Origin: Promethearchaeota archaeon
Lineage (GTDB): Archaea; Asgardarchaeota; Thorarchaeia; Thorarchaeales; Thorarchaeaceae
Length of the DNA: 32,000 nucleotides
Reading direction: 5' to 3'
NCBI GenBank assembly: GCA_027031765.1
Contig: JALVPN010000217.1
Coordinates: 27,719 to 59,718, forward strand
The position numbers and the translations under genes are program-made. Shown piece after piece: positions 27,753 through 32,000 of the stretch. The notes under the pieces are model-generated. The model was not told the DNA's origin, made no database searches, and was given only the letters and a program-made list of their open reading frames with translations. Numbering within the stretch: the stretch's first letter is position 1; each line of letters starts with the position of its first letter.

Positions 27753-28046
27753 ATGGAGATTGAAATCCTGAGAGAACGCGAGAACAGGACGCTCTCACGG
27801 AGGGAAATAGAGTTCAGGGTGGACCACAGTGGGAACACTACACCCAGCAGAGCGGATGTCCGTGCGAAAATCAGTGCAATGTTCAATGCGGACGTAGAGT
27901 CGGTAATCATCAAGGAGATGCACACATGTTTTGGGGCAGGGATTACTGGTGGTGAAGCCCGTATATACTCAAGTCCAGAGCAGGCACGACGGGTCGAGCT
28001 TGACTACGTAATAAGAAGGCACGAACCAAAGGAGGAGGCACGTTGA
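27753..28046 (+). CDS. rps24e: 30S ribosomal protein S24e
   Basis: [29 protein letters not shown] box near 27695. Confidence 0.92.
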   Translation: MEIEILRERENRTLSRREIEFRVDHSGNTTPSRADVRAKISAMFNADVESVIIKEMHTCFGAGITGGEARIYSSPEQARRVELDYVIRRHEPKEEAR

Positions 28047-28210
28047 CGTACAAGTACTACCGCGTGGACAAGAGTGGAAAAGTAACATGTCTCAAACGAC
28101 CATGTCCACGCTGTGAGAAGGGGACATTCATGGCCGAGCACTATAACAGGTTCTCATGCGGACGCTGCGGCTACACGGAGTTCAAGCGAAAGGGTAGGGG
28201 CGGCACATAG
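28043..28210 (+). CDS. rps27ae: 30S ribosomal protein S27ae (eS31), 55 aa; absent from the ORF track
   Basis: Hand translation from TTG: [59 protein letters not shown] overlap with rps24e. Confidence 0.93.
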   Translation: MTYKYYRVDKSGKVTCLKRPCPRCEKGTFMAEHYNRFSCGRCGYTEFKRKGRGGT

Positions 28211-28252
28211 CAGATGACGACATAAGCTGGAACTACACTCCCACCGACTGTT

Positions 28253-28558
28253 CTAGTCGGCCACCACAGTCATAATCCAGCGGGTGCCAAACAGCAGCAT
28301 CATGACTAGACCCAGCGAAAGGTCGACATATACCACATAGTCTACAAGGGCAGCCGTCAGCATGAGGGACAGGAGGATGGAGAGTGGAAATGTGACTATG
28401 AACGTTACAGTGGGGACTAGCAACGAAATGACATCGGTGGCCACCATCGCACAGACTAGCGAAACTGTCCACACAAAGTAGATACCGACAAGTAGTGCTA
28501 GGGTGGGGATCACTGCTGTCACACTCGATGGGGGACATGTGGTCGACAGGAAGACCAC
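28253..28558 (-). CDS. Hypothetical membrane protein
   Basis: 101-aa almost entirely hydrophobic ORF with no overlap with known genes. Start uncertain. Confidence 0.45.
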   Translation of the reverse strand: MVFLSTTCPPSSVTAVIPTLALLVGIYFVWTVSLVCAMVATDVISLLVPTVTFIVTFPLSILLSLMLTAALVDYVVYVDLSLGLVMMLLFGTRWIMTVVAD

Positions 28559-28695
28559 TGTACAGCACCCATGGCTGCAGGAGCAGTCCTGTCTGCACTA
28601 TCGTATGCGCACCTGCATTTTAAACACCCGGGGTTGCTGTCCTGATGCAGCCCCAGTGACCGGCAGAGCTGTGGAGTACGGGCTGACGACAGTAT

Positions 28696-28709
28696 GAAAA
28701 GCCTTAAAA
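28696..28709 (+). promoter_or_regulatory. BRE-TATA (GAAAAG-CC-TTAAAA) for the initiator tRNA
   Basis: Canonical purine-rich BRE plus TATA about 35 nt upstream of the tRNA 5' end. Confidence 0.6.
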
Positions 28710-28743
28710 CTCCACTCAGCAACGAATATCCCAGCCCAGAGAA

Positions 28744-28853
28744 AGCGGGTTGGGGAAGCCAGAAGACGATTGGACTGCCCATCGTCTGCCGAAGTCTATC
28801 CCGCGGGGCTCATAACCCCGAGATCAGTGGTTCAAATCCACTACCCGCTACCA
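28744..28853 (+). tRNA. Initiator tRNA-Met(CAU) with encoded CCA and a 31-nt intron (28763-28793) in the D-loop
   Basis: A1-U72 acceptor AGCGGGT/ACCCGCT, GGG/CCC anticodon-stem pairs, loop CTCATAA, T arm AGTGG-TTCAAAT-CCACT. Removing the insert restores G18G19 (AGCCAG|GTCTA). Confidence 0.93.
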
Positions 28854-29092
28854 TCCTATTCTTGTTCTAGTCTTCTGCTGTGGCCATAGCTGGATGAGGC
28901 TGGTCGCAGGCATATCCAAGCACATGACCAGACGATGAGGACTAACACGACCTGCACCTTACGTATCAGCCGATGGTACACACTGCGTCTAGCCCGGTGG
29001 GGAAATACGAGGACATACAATAGCGCCCAGCAAGACTGTGTACCAAGGTGCATTGTGTGGTCAGAGCGGCCGCCGCCAAGGTAGTCCCGGGG

Positions 29093-29413
29093 CTAGTCAT
29101 CGGAGCTGGTGTCAGAGTCCCGATGGCCGATTATGAGGGGACGGGCATCATAGATAGCTCTGGCGACCTTCGAACGGGCACTGGCTAGAAGGCGCCACAC
29201 TGTCCCACGGCTGACCCCCATGGCGCGCCCGGCATCCTCCTGGTACAGGCCCTCAATGTCTACAAGACGGAGTACCTCAGCCTCTGCAAGATCCAGTACG
29301 AGGGGCTCGGGACTCCCCAGAGGATGCGGATCCATCCGTCTGGCCGCAGGCACCTTGCGGATTACAGGCTGGATTGGATACCGGCCACGACAACCACGTC
29401 TTCGTCTGTGCAT
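29093..29413 (-). CDS. DUF134 (UPF0251) predicted DNA-binding protein
   Basis: LDLAEAEVLRLVDIEGLYQEDAGRAMGVSRGTVWRLLASARSKVARA HTH pattern; Arg-rich N-terminus. Alternative GTG start at 29419. Confidence 0.9.
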   Translation of the reverse strand: MHRRRRGCRGRYPIQPVIRKVPAARRMDPHPLGSPEPLVLDLAEAEVLRLVDIEGLYQEDAGRAMGVSRGTVWRLLASARSKVARAIYDARPLIIGHRDSDTSSDD

Positions 29414-29503
29414 GTCCACTCAACTCGTTACCATCGTACCGTCCCACCGCTAGCCTTATATCTGTTCGTATGCACAGAAATATTGTGAGAGTATGCACAG
29501 AAA
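29405..29503. promoter_or_regulatory. Three imperfect copies of palindrome TCTGTGCATATGCACAGA around a TATA box (29456-29461); candidate operator array
   Basis: Copies at 29405-29422, 29461-29478 and 29484-29501, each 14/18 by hand count. Exact 13-bp direct repeat GTATGCACAGAAA at 29468-29480 and 29491-29503. Confidence 0.65.
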
Positions 29504-29515
29504 AGGTGATGTGAT

Positions 29516-29830
29516 GTGAGCTACCCATATGGATTTGGACATGGCAGGGCCGCGGGACGGGGCCGCGGCGGGAACTGGGGAATGTGGCCCGGCAATGGGC
29601 CATTCCGGCACCTGCCCCCGTGGGAACGACCAGGCTGGCTGTACGGCCCCGGCTCATGCTGGACACTTGGCTACTGGGGACGGGCCACAACGCCACCGCC
29701 AGTGGCACCTGGCGTCACTGACGTCCAAGTGCTACAGCGCCAGAAGGAGATTATCGAGGCGCAGCTTGAGTCGCTACGGACGGCCCTGGCCGATATCGAG
29801 AAGAAACTCAGAGAGCTCAGTGAAGAGTAG
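29516..29830 (+). CDS. DUF5320-like protein (Gly/Arg-rich N-terminus, coiled-coil C-terminus)
   Basis: GFGHGRAAGRGRGG, PPWERPGW, then LQRQKEIIEAQLESLRTALADIEKKL. AGGTGAT SD before the GTG start. Confidence 0.75.
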   Translation: MSYPYGFGHGRAAGRGRGGNWGMWPGNGPFRHLPPWERPGWLYGPGSCWTLGYWGRATTPPPVAPGVTDVQVLQRQKEIIEAQLESLRTALADIEKKLRELSEE

Positions 29831-29877
29831 AGAAGAGCGGGTGGATGGCCTGCTGGACAGACAGGAGCAACGCCGGT

Positions 29878-30741
29878 TCAGTGGGCCATCCCAATGACCC
29901 GGTCCCACATCTCAACTATTCTCTCTGTCATGGAGTGAGAGGGGGCATATTCCGGGAGCGGGAGCGCGGCGACCATAGAGTCTGTTGTGACCGTGTCGAA
30001 GGGGAGCCGGCCCAGCACCTCCACACTACGGCCTTGGCACATGTCCTCAATCTTCCGGGTGTTGTCAACATTGAGGTCGTACTTGTTGATCACGACCGTT
30101 GCGGGAACCCTGAAGCGCTCGAGGAGAGAGAGGATACGGTCGAGGTCGTGAAGACCGCTCATCGTTGGCTCCGTGACCACCACAGCCAGCTGGAGACCAG
30201 TAACGGTGGCGATGACGGGGCAACCAATCCCTGGCGACCCGTCGATAAGAATGGTGTCAGAACCAGTGGCATTTGCGATTCGTTCGCCCAGCTTGCGCAC
30301 CTCAGTCACAAGACGGCCCGAGTTGCCCTCGCCAGGCAACAGGCGCGCATGGGCCATGGGACCATAGCGGGTGGCAGACTCGAAGATGTATCCAGAGAGC
30401 CGGGGAGAGAGGTCTATTGCGTCCACCGGGCAGACATGTGCACAGACACCGCACCCCTCGCAGGACAGGGCATCAATCTCAGGCACATCCACTGCACCGA
30501 ACCTGCAATGGGTCTCACACAGTCCGCAGCGAGTACACTTGTCCACATCGATTGACGCGACCTTGGAGCCACTGAACTCAGACTCACTCTTGACGACAGG
30601 ATGGAGCAGGATGTGGAGGTCGGGGGCATCAACGTCACAGTCAACGAGGACGACATCGTCCGCAGCTGCTGCGAAGGAAGCGGTGAGTGTCGTCTTGCCC
30701 GTTCCACCCTTTCCACTGACTATGCCTATCTGGACTGCCAT
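29878..30741 (-). CDS. MinD-superfamily P-loop ATPase with inserted 2x[4Fe-4S] ferredoxin domain (COG1149)
   Basis: SGKGGTGKT, DCDVDAPD, CTRCGLC/CEGCGVC..CP, DGSPGIGCP, VTEPT. Confidence 0.92.
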   Translation of the reverse strand: MAVQIGIVSGKGGTGKTTLTASFAAAADDVVLVDCDVDAPDLHILLHPVVKSESEFSGSKVASIDVDKCTRCGLCETHCRFGAVDVPEIDALSCEGCGVCAHVCPVDAIDLSPRLSGYIFESATRYGPMAHARLLPGEGNSGRLVTEVRKLGERIANATGSDTILIDGSPGIGCPVIATVTGLQLAVVVTEPTMSGLHDLDRILSLLERFRVPATVVINKYDLNVDNTRKIEDMCQGRSVEVLGRLPFDTVTTDSMVAALPLPEYAPSHSMTERIVEMWDRVIGMAH

Positions 30742-30743
30742 GT

Positions 30744-31589
30744 CTAGACCATCTCACGGATTTGCTCGAACATCTCACGGAACCGCCGGCGCCACTCAGC
30801 ATCCCCCCTCACAAAGGGGATTCCAGCAGAGTACAGCTCTGCAATCCGACGTTCGAAGGGGATTTCCATAAGGACAGGGATGTCATTCTCCCTACAGAAC
30901 TGGTGTAGCCTGTCATCACCAATACCAGCCCGGTTCACTATTACGCCATATGGGATGCCCAGCGTACTGATTACCTCAACGGTCATCGAGAGGTCATGCA
31001 CACCAAAAGGTGTTGGTTCCGAAACGAGGACGACAAAGTCGGAGCCCCTGATACTTTCGATTACCGGACATGCGGTGCCAGGCGGTGCATCCACCACGAC
31101 ATCACCACTACCGGCCTCTGCCTTGACAGCCCTGATTACAGATGTCGCCACAGGCTCACCAATCTTCAGTTCACCATACACGAGTCGGATGCCGTCAATG
31201 TTAGCGGTGTGCACCCACCCCACCCTGCGGGGCCTCTCGCTTATTGCGTGGGTCGGACAGACCATCGCGCAACCACCACAGCTGTGGCACAGCTCCTCAT
31301 ATACAATGGTCTTTGTCTTGCCTACAAAGATTGCATTGAACTGACAGAAGTCGGCACAGGCCCCACAGTGGCTGCACGAGTCCTGGTCAACGACGGGGGT
31401 GGGGACTGTTACGGGTGTGGACTCGAATGTCGGGGGATGGAGCAGAGTATGTGCATTTGGCTCCTCAACATCGCAGTCAAGCAGGGTCACATCGCCAAGT
31501 GCAACTGCCAGGTTGACTGCAACTGTAGTCTTACCAGTACCACCTTTCCCACTTGCGACTGTGACCAGCAACGAAGCACACCCAGCCAT
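30744..31589 (-). CDS. MinD-superfamily P-loop ATPase with inserted 2x[4Fe-4S] ferredoxin domain (COG1149), paralog
   Basis: SGKGGTGKT, DCDVEEPN, CSHCGAC/CHSCGGC..CP, DAPPGTACP, VSEPTPFG. Confidence 0.92.
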   Translation of the reverse strand: MAGCASLLVTVASGKGGTGKTTVAVNLAVALGDVTLLDCDVEEPNAHTLLHPPTFESTPVTVPTPVVDQDSCSHCGACADFCQFNAIFVGKTKTIVYEELCHSCGGCAMVCPTHAISERPRRVGWVHTANIDGIRLVYGELKIGEPVATSVIRAVKAEAGSGDVVVDAPPGTACPVIESIRGSDFVVLVSEPTPFGVHDLSMTVEVISTLGIPYGVIVNRAGIGDDRLHQFCRENDIPVLMEIPFERRIAELYSAGIPFVRGDAEWRRRFREMFEQIREMV

Positions 31590-31955
31590 TCAGTGCCTAG
31601 CATCAACACAGCCTTCTGTAAGCTCCACGAGCTCGCCCCGGACGAACGCGTCCAGGATCTCGTCAGTGCGTACTGTGTTCGCCTTCAGAACCGCAATGCG
31701 CTGATCCTGGAAGCTCATCAGGCCACGCGGGCCCATGCCCTGCACAATTACGACATCGGGCCTGTGAGCGAGGACATTGTCGTGCGCATGACCACGACCA
31801 CCAGAGTGCTCACCGGTATTTGGGAACACCTCTCGCCGTGACACAGTGCCATCGTCGTCGAGTTCTACTAGGAGGAAGTATGGGGCACGGCCGAAGTGCC
31901 CCGAGATGACATCCCCATCAGCTGACTGGACTGGGAGCAGCAGTCTTGGACACAA
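31590..31955 (-). CDS. NifB/NifX-family (COG1433, IssA/ORP-like) protein
   Basis: ISGHFGRAPYFL, VVIVQGMGP, C-terminal Cys/His. Start set at TTG 31955 after the GGAGGTGG SD. Confidence 0.88.
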   Translation of the reverse strand: MCPRLLLPVQSADGDVISGHFGRAPYFLLVELDDDGTVSRREVFPNTGEHSGGRGHAHDNVLAHRPDVVIVQGMGPRGLMSFQDQRIAVLKANTVRTDEILDAFVRGELVELTEGCVDARH

Positions 31956-32000
31956 GGGGTTACCACCTCCTCCGCCCACGACCCCCACGACCCATGCCCC

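Noticed and set aside
28856-29053. 65-aa minus-strand ORF between tRNA-iMet and DUF134
   Set aside because: No motif, SD or family recognised; insufficient support.
1-32000. CRISPR arrays, IS elements, integrases, rRNA
   Set aside because: No regularly spaced repeats, transposase or integrase ORFs, att-like tRNA duplications or rRNA sequence were seen.

Overview
GC-rich archaeal core-genome window. An Asgard/Thorarchaeia-like or other H4MPT-using anaerobe is inferred from gene content only. It holds the rpl3-rpl4-rpl23-rpl2 block, a short cdrS-like ribbon-helix-helix gene (missed by the ORF track) upstream of ftsZ, an SmAP3-type Lsm and 2-oxoacid:ferredoxin oxidoreductase beta/gamma. Next come H4MPT/methanofuran C1 genes (fwdC, mch, ftr) with a MoaD/SAMP protein, three tRNAs, elp3, archease, a SPOUT methyltransferase, map and an MBL hydrolase. 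These are followed by dnaG, a protease-less Lon-like ATPase and pelota, then an S2P-ttuA-nucleotidyltransferase-radical SAM operon, the rps6e-eIF2g-PIN-rpoE1-spt4-rps24e-rps27ae cluster, and an ORP-like DUF134/DUF5320/Fe-S ATPase/NifX locus. No CRISPR array, rRNA or mobile element was seen. The most notable signals are three. (1) tRNA-Thr(GGU) and initiator tRNA-Met carry 30/31-nt introns at non-canonical sites (46/47 and 18/19) with the same architecture: AGNNAG^A-hairpin-GCCGAA. (2) Three 14/18 copies of the palindrome TCTGTGCATATGCACAGA lie in the divergent DUF134/DUF5320 promoter, a candidate operator for an uncharacterised regulator. (3) A Zn-ribbon Lon-type ATPase with no protease domain sits between dnaG and pelota. 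All structure and homology calls were made by eye and were not computed.
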